Part shown: positions 40,801-53,357 of the stretch, in pieces
How the letters are laid out: each line of letters starts with the position of its first letter
Position numbering within the stretch: position 1 is the stretch's first letter
From: Chrysomallon squamiferum
Taxonomy: Eukaryota > Animalia > Mollusca
Assembly (NCBI GenBank): GCA_012295275.1
Contig: CM022670.1
Coordinates: 35,216,001 to 35,280,000, forward strand
Direction: 5' to 3'
DNA length: 64,000 bases
Program-made: the position numbers and the translations under genes
The notes under the pieces: generated by a model
Database searches by the model: none
The model's input: the letters and a program-made list of their open reading frames with translations, nothing else
Told to the model about the DNA's origin: nothing

Positions 40801-43800
40801 CTACTACTCTACTATTACTACCACTACTACTATTACCATTGCTACTAAACAACTACTACTATTACTTCTGCTACTACTACTACTACCACTACTATTGCCA
40901 TTACTACTTGAGAACTACTACTATTACTTCAGCTGCTATTATTATTATTTTTTTTTTTGCTCTTCAGTACAAGTGAAAGAAGTCCACGCAATCTACCAAG
41001 ACTTGAAACATTTCAGCCTCTCACAGACAAACCAAACGAGATCAACCCTGATGTAATAAGAAGTTACCTTGTTGCCAATCAAGCACAGGTTTGTTTTTTC
41101 ACAGATTCTTGTGTTCACAAGACTTAATGGAATAATCAGGCATTTGTGAGACTTATATTGTATTAAAGAAATGAATTTCTGAGAAACCAATACATGATGA
41201 CTGCATTAAAAACCTAATAATGGAGGCAGCCATTTTGTGACATTATGGCAGATTACTCAAAGTAAAGTTCATTCAAAATCCTGTCTGTATAATAAAACTA
41301 ATATACATTACCAGTACAACAACAGTAATAAAAAGTTTGTTTTTTGGCATTCCTCCATGATCAAAGTAATATTGACATACTGTAGAAATAACTTATACAA
41401 ATTTAAGAGATGAATCCAGCAATAGTAATACTGATTATGCCACATTTTGCATCTTGTGGTTTCTGGCTAACAAGTAATATTTATTTTCAGGATTTATCGA
41501 TAACTCAAGCGACTGGTAAGCCTACCCTTCTGGCATCAAAACGACCAGATTCAAAGGATTTGGCACACAGATATTCTGTTCTTCAACCAATTGAACAAAA
41601 CCGCACCAAAAACAAAACCTCTACAGTGTTCGAACCAGAGCCTGGTGTCATGCAGAAAACTCAGTTAAATGAAAACCGATCAGTGGATCAGTACAAAGAC
41701 ACGAATGCTCAGACTTCGTATGAACCTGAAAAGTACTATCCTGCAAATGCAAGTCCGAGGAATGTTCCTCTCTGGTCAAGGAATGGTGCAGTTGTCCAGC
41801 GACCTCAGGAGTCTTTTACCAAGAGAGTTCTGGAAGATGATCTGAGGTATAATAATCCTGGTGATTCGTATTTACCTCATCATCCTGTGACTTATTCTCC
41901 CGAGGAAGAAGTGAGGATTCTGCAGCAGATAGGAGGTGAGCTGAGAGGAGTAACCATGGATCAGCTGAAGCAAGCGTACCTCATCATGACCGAACGGGAC
42001 AAAGCACTGACAGGCTGGTGTGACTTCAGACATATTGAATATTCTCTGTCATCTTCCAGAGTAAGTAGAAACAGATTGTCTTTTTATTTATCTGGTCAAA
42101 ACAGAATCAGATTTTTCTTAACATAACAAGAAAAAAAAAAAGTGAAGGGAAAACAATTTTTTATATTATCAGATTTTTCTTATTATTTACATCTTCAGTT
42201 TTTGTATTAATGATTTAGTCTATATAAAATTTATTGGGGTAAAATGACTAGTATAAATTAATTAATACATTTATTTAGATATTCAAGTGACAAAACCCCC
42301 AAGAATGCTGGAAATTTAAAACTGTATGTCTGTATTGCATTTGTTAACAAAATAATAATTAATTTTTTAATTTCTTTGTTTGTATATTTTTATTTATTTA
42401 TTTGGGTTTTTTGGTTTGTTTTTACTCCTTCCTTATATCTATATTTATATATTTTCTTGTTTTTAGATTGATCTGCCCCCAGAACTGCTTCGTATTTCAG
42501 CCTCGCAGTTTGTTTCTAGTGATGATCCTCAGCAAGTGAACTACGAAAAGTTACTCTCATTTATTGGAACTGCCATTAAACAGACATCTGAAGAGAGGTA
42601 AGAGAAAAATATAACACATGGAGGCACTTTAATATAATATTTAAAGTTTTTTTTATAGCATACAGAAAATCATTGGCATAATTATATGGATTCTTTGGTT
42701 AAGAAGGGCAGATGGATTGATTTGCTCAACATGCTAAGCAGATAAAGACAAATTACAATTTCTTCTCTTCTTTGGCACACATTTTGTACAGTGTTTTGCC
42801 CACATTTGGGATGGCAGGTGTCCTCTATGTTCTCTTGAGTCATATGCCCATTTAGAAGTTCCTGTAACTAGCCAAACTTCCTGAAAAATACTCTGCAAAA
42901 GATTTTTTATTATATATATATATATATATATCTTTTTTATTGTTGTAGTCATTTGTTTTTTGTTTGTTTTTGTTTTTTTGAAAATCATGATACTAATTAA
43001 ATGCAGAAAACAATTGACACATTTTTTTTAAGACACTTCTTTATACTTTTTTCCTCAAATGATTAGAGAAGAAAAAATTGAAATGCCATTTAAACTTGGC
43101 ATAACGTAACAGATGAAGTAAATTAATAAACAAAATTTGTTTTACCCCACAATTCTGAAAAAAACACTCCCCAAAGCTGTGAAATTTGATACCATAGGTG
43201 TGACACATAGCAGAAAGGGAAATAACTCTGGGTGATTCCACATTAGGAAACCAATTTGCAGATTCTGACCAAAGGTATTTTATTGTTTTCTGAAGTTACA
43301 GAACAAAGGGGTCTACCATGAAAAAAGTATTTTAAGTACATGTATGAAGTTGGATGGTTCAGATTCCACACACATAGAGCATTATGGGATGAAGAATTCC
43401 ACTGTCCTATGTCACAATTTTGAAAACCAAACAAATCTTTTGTTATAAACATTTAAATAAACACATAAAATGATACTATTTTATTGAATGCCTGAATGTT
43501 ATTGATATAAACAATCTGCAGTCCATATCAATACTTATACCTAATTCAGTATTGAAATATTTTGAAAAGGTATAGTGATAAAACAAATTTAAAATGTCAG
43601 CCTAGGGAAAAGTGAATTGTATGATGTTTAAAAGCACCAGATTTTGTATTTAGATATTTTATGGATGTTTCTTAATTATATGATTACTGTTTCTATTTGT
43701 ATAAGCACTTACTTGTGAGTTTTATTCATTAGTAATATCAAAGAAAATAAGACATTAATCAAGTTAATATATATTTTTTTCTTTTATTCTAACATAATGG

Positions 43801-44035
43801 CAAAAAGAAAAGAAACTCAGTAAATGAAATAATAAAACTTTCTTGAAAATAAACACAAATATTAATTAATATTTACATTATATTAATCTTTTTGTTTATA
43901 TTTCTGGAATGTTTGTTTTTTGTTAATGTATTTAGAATTTTTAATGAAGTGATCACTTAAAAGAGAGGATGGATAGCTACAATCTGTTGCATTGTCAATA
44001 AAGAACTAAAATTTAATATTTTTGTTTTATTTAGA

Positions 44036-44072
<37 letters not shown>

Positions 44073-44199
44073 GTTACTACTAATAATAAAAAGAATAAAT
44101 AATAAACATCCTCTTTAAATGATCATTTTAAACAGATTCTAATAAATGGTACTAACCTTATACTAAGTTAGAGTTAGTTCTTTATTTTTACCCACTAAC

Positions 44200-44268
<69 letters not shown>

Positions 44269-46047
44269 ATTCATTGATTATTGATTCTCAGTAGCAGTGC
44301 TTAAGCTACTAGTTTTAGTGGCAGCTCTCTTATTCAGTGCTAACGTTCTACTGTGCTGAACGTCATATAGTTCATGTTAGATTAATTGTATGGCCTAGAC
44401 TGATCCATCTAAACAAATCTAATAATAATTTTTAAAAAAAAGGATAATAATTATAGGTAATTCAAATTTGTAACATTACTGGAAATGACTTAAAACTGAA
44501 TCATTTTTTCCTGCTGCCTTTAAATCTGTATTCATTATTATTATTATTCTTTTTCTTCTTCTTCTTATTATTAAATGAATAATTGTTTAATAACATCTCA
44601 ACATATTTTAATATTACTAGCTGTCAAACATTCACTGGGGTTTGGGTTTTTGTGTACTAATGATATCACAGAGTAAAGCTGCTGCCACCATTTCATGAGC
44701 TACTGTTTCTGATTAGCAGCAAAATGTCATACCTTCTCATAGACAGGAAAACAGTATCACAGTTTTTGATTAATCAGTCACTGGTGGAATGAGAATGAGT
44801 TAAGAAGATACCTAAATTACAGTTGATTCCAGTGTATTTATTCAGATAATTTAATTACTTTTCGCTCAAAAAAGATTTTATAATCCTCTGTATATTGGCA
44901 CATTTAAAATAGAAGCTTTAAATTTTAAAAATTAAGTATGTTTAATATTCTAACACCATATTATAAAAAAATTTAACAGTAGACTAAACTTACTTGTACA
45001 TTTTTTGTTATCTCAAATATTTCCTACACATATTAAATATTTTTGTGTCATTACAATAAGATAAACAATAATAATTATCATCAGAAACTGGTGATCATCC
45101 TTCACATTGATTAACTGTCAAGTTAGTTGAATTTTTATGATCAGAGATGCAGCTGTTAAATGCATGAAAAACTGTCAGCATTATCCCAGATATAAAATGT
45201 ATAATAATTAAATAAAGTTTTATTGATTATTTTGTTTTTTGAAATATTCTAACAGCTAAGAAAAAAAAAAAAAAAATTATAATTAATAAATCAAAACAAA
45301 AGGAAAAAAAGAAAAACAATCCACTAACAAAATATGCATAATTTAAAATCAGAAAAAAGAAAAAGAACAACATTAAACTAAGGCTTTACATTTTGAGATG
45401 AAAAATTGTAATTAACTTAAACAATTTATATAGCTAAAACCTTAATTATATAGCCCCATTATATCTTTTTTCTTTTTTTCATTCTGCTTTCTTAGTGTAG
45501 AGCAGTGACCTAACAAAAACATTTAAATAAAACATTTAAATGATCAAAAGTGACAGATTCATTTAACACCTTCAGCAGAACATAAATTAACATAATTTTT
45601 TATTCTATATGAAAAAATAATTGCTGTAGATGACTTTTTAGATGTACATATTATAAAATTATGTAAATGTAAAGGAATAAAATGGCTGGATATTTTATTG
45701 AGCAGTTGGCCATTGGCACTGTACAGTCCTAGAGATTATCATGGTAGACCGCAATACTTCCAGACAGACAGCCAACAAATTGTCCTGTAAGTAAAAAATG
45801 AATATAAAAATAAATACAAATAATAAAAATAAAGAAACAAACACAAAGAATAATAAAAATAATGGCATGTTTAATCATTTATAACTAAGAAGATAGGTTT
45901 CACAAACAGAAAGAAAATAAAAAAAAATGTCAAATACCAGAGGCTGTATTTTGGACATAGAGTAAGGTTTATAAATCTTACCACATACTGCCTACTTGCA
46001 CTTAGAAAGATGATTTTTGTTTTTATTATTATTAATATTATTATTTC

Positions 46048-46085
<38 letters not shown>

Positions 46086-47599
46086 GAATACATAATAACA
46101 GTCCTTCATGACAATTTAAGTATTTATAAATACAAATAATGATTTTTATTTATTTTTGCTCAAGTCTACAAAGAAAAGTTTTAATAATAATAATAATAAA
46201 TAATAATGGCAGACAAGTTCAAAAATATTTGGAAAAAACTTAAGAAGGGCCCATTTTATTCCAAAACATAGTGGATCTAAAAAAAAAACCAGATATTTTA
46301 TGCTATATTTAAATCTCTCTCTCTTTTTTATAATTCCAAATAAAGGACCATTACTTTGGAGGCCAACATGAAATTGGCTTGCATCCCAGTGGTCCAGTTT
46401 GTAACTGAATAACAGTAATAATATTAATCGAAATGAAATGTAAGAAGACAAATACCAACCCTTCTTGATTACTGCTAGTGAAAGAAGCATTTTATTTGTT
46501 CAGAAAGATCTAGTTTTCTTCCAGTATTTAATATTTTATTTGGCAGAAAAAATCTTTAATTAAAAAGAATAAAATTCTATATCAGTATATGCATATTTTT
46601 TTAATTTAACAATCTTTACTACTTCAAAAATTCATTTTAAAATTATTTACTGATATAATTTACAGATCTTAACTGTCAGCACTGTTAAATAGGTTATCTC
46701 TTTGCATAAATAATTTGATTTACAACTGATTTTACAGTTTGACATTTTAAGAGGAATATTCTTTGCAGTAATTGCATGGAATATTTGTATAATACAACAA
46801 CTGCAGTTATACATATTTACTAACATTCCTCTGTTTCACTGAAAAAAAAATTCTGTTTTTGTTACTTTATCTTCTCTTTCTCTTTTCTTCAGTTTTTCAA
46901 ATTATTTTACCAAAAAAGTATTGCAATTAGCAAACGTAGGAAAAATATTATCTATGTATTGTATAGAAACTATGCATCCATCCACTCAATGGCAGTAAGG
47001 AAAATCACATATGAATAATATATAAAATATGCTTTTATCCTTTGTATTGCATTAAGGAAAAATGCACATATTATAAATAATGTATAAATTATGCTTCTAT
47101 CACCTCTGCTGCAGTAAGGAAAAAAAAAAAAAAATTACATATCATAAATTATATAAAATTATGCATCAAAGAAAGATTGCATATTATGAATAATGTATAA
47201 ATTATGCTTCCATCCACTCTATTAAAGTGCATTAAGAAAATATCACATATTATGAATAATATAAAAACAATGCTTCCATCTACTCTGCTGCAGTAAGGAA
47301 AATCACATAAATAATAAAGGAGAAATCAAGTTTTATAAATAATCTACAAATCAAGCATTAAGGAAAAAATCCCATATCTAAATGATCTATTCTACTACAG
47401 TAAGAACAGCAAGCCACCCACCCCAGCCTATCCAGATCAAGAAACGGCCAAACTGTTGAGCCTGACAGAAACACAGCTGCGAGATTCTGGTCAGCCTGTA
47501 GACTTTGAGAAACTGATAGCTAGCTTCCAAATGGCTGACCGTGATCTAAGAGGTACCCTGTCTGCAGAGCAGGTTAGTAGCAGTTTAGATTTAATAATA

Positions 47600-47631
<32 letters not shown>

Positions 47632-50473
47632 GATGATGATGTTGACGACAGAAATTTTTTAAAAGGAAATCAATAAAAAAAAAATTAATCCTGTATCAAT
47701 TTTCAAAAAAAAAACATTTTGTAAAATTTACGTATAAAGTGTTTATTTGTTTTGCTTTTTTTTAATTAAGATAATAACAATAGTTCAATGTTTTTTTTAA
47801 CGTTTTTCTGGAGATTTCTCTTGAAGTATTTTAACAATATATGTTGTTGTTTCTGTAACTCGAAGTCATACAGTGAAGTTAAATAGCTTGTTAATTATAT
47901 CCCATTAACATAGTTAACAGCATTATTTTTTGACATTATACTAATTTTGTGAAGGTTTCAAAATAAATAATTTAAAAAAAATAAAATCTTATGAAAATTA
48001 AAAATTGAATGGTAACTGAAATTTAATTTTCAGAAGTTAAATTATAGATATATTCTTTAAAACTTTTAAAAGTTAGTATTAAATGCTGATAATTGTAAAA
48101 CATAAATAATGGTATAAATTTCATAGACTGTGGTAACTGAATTTTTAAAGAAAATAAACTAATGAAGGTTTCTTTCATTTCTCTTTGAATATTGTAGATT
48201 AAAGACGTTTGTCGTCAGAACCAAATTCCTCTCCAAGACTCACTTCTTAATCAGATTTTGAATCGTTGTGAAGATACAAGTCCTGAAGGAATAAGATCCA
48301 GACTGCAGTATCAGTATGTCAGCTTAATTGTGGTATCTTATATTGCAAAAGTATGGAAACAGAATTAAGTCACAATATAACAGATCACTCAAGATTGTTT
48401 TTGAACTGCGGTTTGATATTTAGAAACCATATAAAGCAATTCTGTTTCAAATATTTCGAAAATTAAAAACTTTTTGAACCAAAAGGAACATTCTGAATTT
48501 TATAATTTTGCAAAAGATTTAAGTGGTATATTATTTACACAATTCTGTCACTGTTGTTCATTCTGACACAGACATAAAAACAAACATTAATGTTTTACAA
48601 CAAAGTGTAAATCTGAGTAATGGGTGGACTAATATGCAGATATTTTGATGACTTATCTTTATTTTACAGCTGGACAAAGTTTGTTGAATTCTTAGAGCGA
48701 GTTCAACCTGCTCATACTGGATTGCGACTTCCAACAAGTAAGAAGCCTTTGGAATATGCCAAACAGTATCCATCTCCAGTTCCAAACTGGCCAAAACCCG
48801 CTGATTCTGGAATTCCAGATACTCCACTTTGGAGAAAAGAAGAGGTATGTTTTTATTTCTTTAAAGTATCTCAAGGTCTTTTTCTTTAATATTTGTCAAA
48901 ATTTTAAAGTAATTACATCATAAAACAGCAAATACTTTAGTTCAAACTGACAAGGATTGACAGTGAAAATGCCAGATCCTCCTGACACCAAATACCAAGC
49001 TAATCCAAGAATAAAAATTCATTTCTTTAAACATCTGTTGTGATTTATAAATATTTTTTTGCTTTCAAGATGATTTTTTCTTTCTTTCTTTCTTTTTAAA
49101 AAGCACCAACTTTCTCTCAGAAATAAAGAACATTTTATTTTACTTGCAGTCACCTCGTAAAGGTTATGACAGACCTTCCTATGAAAGTCCAAAACCACGA
49201 TATGATGAACCTCAGATGTCACAAAGAGAAATGAATCAAAACATACAAGGTTTAGAACTGGAATATGAAGTAAGTATAATTATTTTATGTTCAGTTAAAA
49301 AAATTCACTTTATAAATATGAAATTAAAATATAAATGAACACGTTGAAAGAAAATTATTTTAAAAAAATGTTTTTATAAATTATATCCATGTTCTTTTCC
49401 TCAGGTGTCTCATTCATCTAAGTTCCAGTTTAGAATACTTGTTCATTTAATTATTATAATTAGGCATATAATTAAAAGTGAAACAAAGACATTATGTTTT
49501 ATTGTTATAATTTTTTTTCTTTAGGATATGAAAAGAAGGGTAAACCAGGGAAATGTATCACATCGTGAACGTGAAACAGAATGGTTTCCAAGATTCATGC
49601 GTTTGGCAAATGCTCTTTATGATCAGGACAGATTACATCATGGTTAGTATTGGAAAGATTATTACTTTAAAACTTCATAAAACAATCTTAAAAACTTATA
49701 TAGATAATAATATAATAATAATAGTAATAATAAAGATGAATAAAAAAATAAAATAAAATAAAATAAAACAAAATAATAAAATAACATGAAATTAAAATTA
49801 AATTAAATTAAATTTAAACAAATGAAAACTTCTGATTCTAAAATAATTTGTTATCCAGTTTTCATTTACCTGAGGAATTCCTTTTGTTATTGTGATGCCA
49901 GCAACCTGTGAGAAACAATATTTATCAAACTCATTCTTGGCATGTTATCCAAACAAATGTCAAGTATTGTTAAAGTGGTTTAAATGTAAATGTAGTTAAT
50001 TAACATTATTTACATATGTATGAGAATGTACTTAAATGTGAAGTGAAAATGTATTTGTATAAATTTTATGGTATCATTTTTAATGAAAAGACTTCATAAT
50101 AGGAAAACAGATAATCAAATCTGAACGTGTTCACAACCATTGTCATCATATGATATGTAGAATATTATAAAAGAAAAGAAAGATCTAGACCTACATAAGG
50201 TCATATTTAGGAAAGAAATACTGAAAACCCACTTAATAAGAAAACTTATACTTATTTGGAGAAACATTTCTAATTATATTATTTTTTATATTTTATATTG
50301 CAGGCTGTCTTCCAGTAAGTACAATATGGGATGTCACCAAACTTCATAATGAAGGTTATGACTTAGGAATTCCAGATCATATAATTACAAAGGTTATTGG
50401 AGAAGCTGCCCATGGGAACATGGTGGACATCCATCGATATCTTACGAAATTAGGCAGCCGAGATTGGCTCTGA
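33893..50473 (+). CDS. C1orf87: C1orf87-like uncharacterised EF-hand-fold protein (~600-650 aa); exons 33869/33893-34014, 40968-41088, 41491-42060, 42467-42597, [45706-45786], 47401-47572, 48198-48313, 48670-48844, 49150-49269, 49525-49642, 50304-50473
   Basis: One continuous in-phase spliced ORF. Blocks PFGNDYSITFEEKIIG, LPPELLRISASQF...QVNYEKLLSF, FQMADRDLRGTLSAEQIKDVC, WTKFVEFL and EWFPRFMRLANALYDQD...G match recalled human C1orf87 blocks (KIIGSK; VNYEKLLWFL; WIDRFRKLENALYLCD) in the same order. Confidence 0.85.
37561..37573. promoter_or_regulatory. RFX X-box (intronic)
   Basis: GTTGCCAGGCAAC, a palindromic 13-bp X-box. Confidence 0.5.
39225..39352 (+). mobile_element. 3' remnant of a second SINE-like family
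   Basis: GTGTCAGAGATGG...AGCCCAGTTAGCC...ACTTTACAGCTGGCCATGAATGCAAAT...TTAATAAAGT resembles a recalled gastropod repeat tail; single copy in this window. Confidence 0.35.
40968..41088 (+). CDS. C1orf87-like exon (TSERSPRNLP...VANQAQ)
   Basis: Poly-T then tcttcag acceptor, CAG|gtttgt donor; supplies the required phase 2 to phase 0 bridge. Confidence 0.8.
41491..42060 (+). CDS. C1orf87-like large exon (DLSITQATG...YSLSSSR)
   Basis: 570-nt open exon, ttttcag acceptor, AGA|gtaagt donor. Confidence 0.92.
42467..42597 (+). CDS. C1orf87-like exon (IDLPPELL...VNYEKLLSF...)
   Basis: ttttag acceptor, AG|gtaaga donor; conserved VNYEKLL block. Confidence 0.92.
44202..44265. repeat. (GA)n microsatellite
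   Basis: Direct reading. Confidence 0.95.
44670..44800 (-). mobile_element. Degenerate SINE fragment (same family as 32612-32846)
   Basis: GCTGCTGCCACCATTTCATGAGCTACTGTTTCTGATTAGCAGCAA...CATAGACAGGA...CAGTCACTGG..GGAATGAGAA. Confidence 0.55.
45706..45786 (+). CDS. Candidate symmetric (phase 2/2) exon of the C1orf87-like gene (WPLALYSPRDYHGRPQYFQTDSQQIV)
   Basis: ttttattgagcag acceptor, CT|gtaagt donor, 81 nt, open and frame-preserving. Confidence 0.55.
46935..47375. repeat. Degenerate ~60-bp tandem repeat upstream of exon 47401
   Basis: GCA(G/T)TAAG(G)AAA...CACATA...AAATTATGC recurs at 46992, 47049, 47111, 47229, 47290 and 47355. Confidence 0.75.
47401..47572 (+). CDS. C1orf87-like exon with EF-hand-like loop DRDLRGTLSAEQ
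   Basis: ctacag acceptor, CAG|gttagt donor, phase 2 to 0. Confidence 0.92.
48198..48313 (+). CDS. C1orf87-like exon (IKDVCRQNQIPLQDSLL...)
   Basis: tgtag acceptor, CA|gtatgt donor, phase 0 to 2. Confidence 0.88.
48670..48844 (+). CDS. C1orf87-like exon (WTKFVEFL...WRKEE)
   Basis: ttttacag acceptor, GAG|gtatgt donor. Confidence 0.9.
49150..49269 (+). CDS. C1orf87-like exon (SPRKGYDR...LELEYE)
   Basis: ttgcag acceptor, GAA|gtaagt donor, 120 nt. Confidence 0.88.
49525..49642 (+). CDS. C1orf87-like exon (DMKRR...WFPRFMRLANALYDQD)
   Basis: ctttag acceptor, G|gttagt donor. Confidence 0.9.
50304..50473 (+). CDS. C1orf87-like terminal exon (CLPVSTIW...GSRDWL*)
   Basis: ttgcag acceptor; TGA at 50471-50473. 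Confidence 0.9.
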
Positions 50474-51606
50474 AGAAGAATTCAATCTTATATTAACCTG
50501 TAGTGTATCAAATGAACATTGTTAATTTCTATTTTGTAAAACTGCTTGTTTTTGTCAACTGTCATAGAGATAGATTGAAAACCATCACCTTGTAAAATAT
50601 CTATTAATATTAACTGTAGTGTATTCTTTGACCAGTTACTTATTTGAAAATTGAATTTCTTTTGAGAAAGAGAAAAAACAAAATGAAGAAAAAAAAACCC
50701 TACTGTTCACAATTTGAATTTATGGACCATTTTCAGCAGCCCCATTTTGATTAAATGTAATACTAAAAATGCAAAATAATGTAACACCACGTAAAATTTT
50801 ATGTTGTGAATTTAGAATTTTTGCTATGTGAATATTTGTATACAAACACTACTGTATATATTTTTCAGTAAATTATATTTTATATTCTGAGAATGCTTAA
50901 ATTTTATCCAATGTGTATTTTTCTATGTTAATTTATAATTATGGCTACCTCATGCTAAATTTGAATGAAAAACTAAAAATTATGATGGATTGATCTTTGT
51001 TGTTTAATAACAATTATAACAAAAACAAGAAAGCAAAGCAAATAATTGTAATTTTGTGATAAATGCTTGGTTGGATTTTGTAAACTGAACTTTTTGATAT
51101 TATAAATAATATTATAAATAACATGACAAAATCTTTTAACCCATTTAATTGAATACATGTATACTACTCGGAATTATTTTTGCTTATGAAATTTTCCAGT
51201 AGTTTTCTTTTTCTTATGTTACTAGTTAGTTTTAGATTCAATGCTTAATATTTTTATGGAAATTATTTTTGTTTAAAGCCAAAGTCCGATTTTTACATTT
51301 AATATATAGTTCTAATTTTCTGACTGTGATATATATTTGTATTATTTGTGTAATATTTTTATCATTCAGTACTTATCTAAAGCCAAAACTGAAATGAATT
51401 TTATATTATTAATTTATAGTTTCTCACATTCCTACTGTGATATTTACTTGTTTGTGTGTTAATCATTATTTTATCTTCAGTCACATTTTATTCATGTTGC
51501 TTCAACCTGTGTTGTTCATTTACATAAAACAGTACTTATCTGTGATAATATAACAGAATCCGTCCTTCACTGTAATATTCACATCGGATCAGTCTTAGCA
51601 GTTATA

Positions 51607-51627
51607 AATAAAAACTATTAGAATAAA
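51607..51627 (+). terminator. Tandem polyadenylation signals of the C1orf87-like gene
   Basis: AATAAA at 51607 and 51622, followed by TTGTGTTTGTTTTT. Confidence 0.55.
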
Positions 51628-52239
51628 CACTTGTGTTTGTTTTTCTTTTCAACTGTATCTTTTTATTTATTTTTATGAAGAAAAGGTTATTTTGTATCAT
51701 TTTCTTATTAATTAATTTATTAATTTATTTATTTAGAACATTATAATAGTAATACTGGTTGCATATATGGTTCAGAAATATTAAAATCATTTCTGATGTG
51801 GCATCTAAGTCTACAGTATTTTAAATTGATTGAACCTTTGATTAATACTAATTATTAAATGGTAATAATACTTTTTCAAGATGCCTTCTATTAGCAATAT
51901 TGATTTTCTCTGCTGTTGATTGATCAAAATTTGAGCAAATATTTTATATTGTCTACATTTTCCCATTTTTCTAAAGAAAATTAATTTCTAAACTGCATAA
52001 ATTACACAGGGGATAAAGCATGTGGCCTCAATGAAATATACTTTAATTAGATTTACTAAAATAAATAATTTTCATGGTTAATATCTGAAGCGTCATGATC
52101 AACTATTGGAGTATTGGTATGTGTTATGGATCTTGACAATAAATCATATATAAATCTGGCAGTAAATTACATTTACAAATATTCTGTTAATTGAATAATA
52201 ATTACCTATCATCACAATTACAAAAGTTAAAATCTATAA

Positions 52240-52640
52240 CATACTGTCGTAAAAATATTTCTGAATATCTTTACGATTTTGTCTCGATCGGAGTTGTCTT
52301 CCATAAACTCAAAAATCGTGGCCAATGACATTGGTCAAGGGAGATAATCTAGTCAATCTTCTTCGTATAAAAAGTTAAAAGCAGACGAGAGTTATGATGG
52401 TGGGGAAAATGAAATTCTGAACGCAATAATAATTTAAAATATTTCATTGGTGTAGACATCAGGATCAAATTTAAAGTCTACAATTCTCACTAACAATTCT
52501 GATTATGTCAACTGAACTATTAATTATGGCGATTGCAGTGTAATGTTTAAGAACTTAGGTTTTTAACTTTTAACCGCTGGGTGCTTGGTAGCGTCGATTT
52601 TAACAGCTACTGGAAATTTAATATATTAGTGTCAACCAAC
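52240..52640 (+). promoter_or_regulatory. SHOC1 promoter / 5' UTR region
   Basis: Local CpG retention directly upstream of the ATG at 52641. Confidence 0.45.
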
Positions 52641-52676
52641 ATGCCAAAATACCTTGGTTTAAATTACTGGCAAATG
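52641..52676 (+). CDS. SHOC1: SHOC1 exon 1 (MPKYLGLNYWQM)
   Basis: caacATG start, ATG|gtaatt donor. Confidence 0.75.
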
Positions 52677-53324
52677 GTAATTTAATAATTTGTTTAGATA
52701 TTCTTTCATCATTCTCATCTTCTCTTTCTACTTCTAAATAATTGTTGTTGTTGATACAATTACAGTTATAGTTAATAGTTTTTATTTTATTATTTTTTTA
52801 AATCCTTATTAATTGTGTATTTTAATAAAACAAACTGATTAAAAAAATATATAATTTATCAAAATGCAATATTTATTTATTGCAGGTTGTCAACCAGCAA
52901 TATGATTTTTTTAGCCAATCTTTATTAACTGTGCCAAATCATTTGGAGGAGACAGAAAGTTATATACATAAAAATTATTTCAGAGATGATCTTAACTGGA
53001 AGTCATTTGTAAAAAAACATTGTCAAGGTTTCAATCATCTTATCATTTATATTGTCTTTAATTTAATTAAATTAATTTAAATACAAATTATGTTCATCTT
53101 TTGCGTTGATAAATAATGAGAGAATAAACCCCAAATAGACACAAATTATTCTTACTGTTTAAAGCTGATGAATGAAATTTAAAACATTTTTGTAAAACAA
53201 AACTTAAAACTGCTATTAACATAAATTTGCCTTTATTTAAAAAAAAATTAATAAAATGATAAATTAAGAATTTTAAATGACAAACTTTTATTAATACATT
53301 TGAAAAGAATTTATGTATAAATAT

Positions 53325-53357
<33 letters not shown>

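Noticed and set aside
41410-41490. ATG-initiated N-terminus of the 238-aa ORF
   Set aside because: Intronic read-through; the exon starts at the acceptor before 41491
42671-42851. Possible small MITE bounded by ATTGGCATA and TATGCCCAT
   Set aside because: Only a 9-bp imperfect inverted match; too degenerate to support without a repeat library
43140-43450. Higher-complexity intronic segment with minus-strand ORFs
   Set aside because: No recognisable protein motif or splice structure; probably an old repeat remnant
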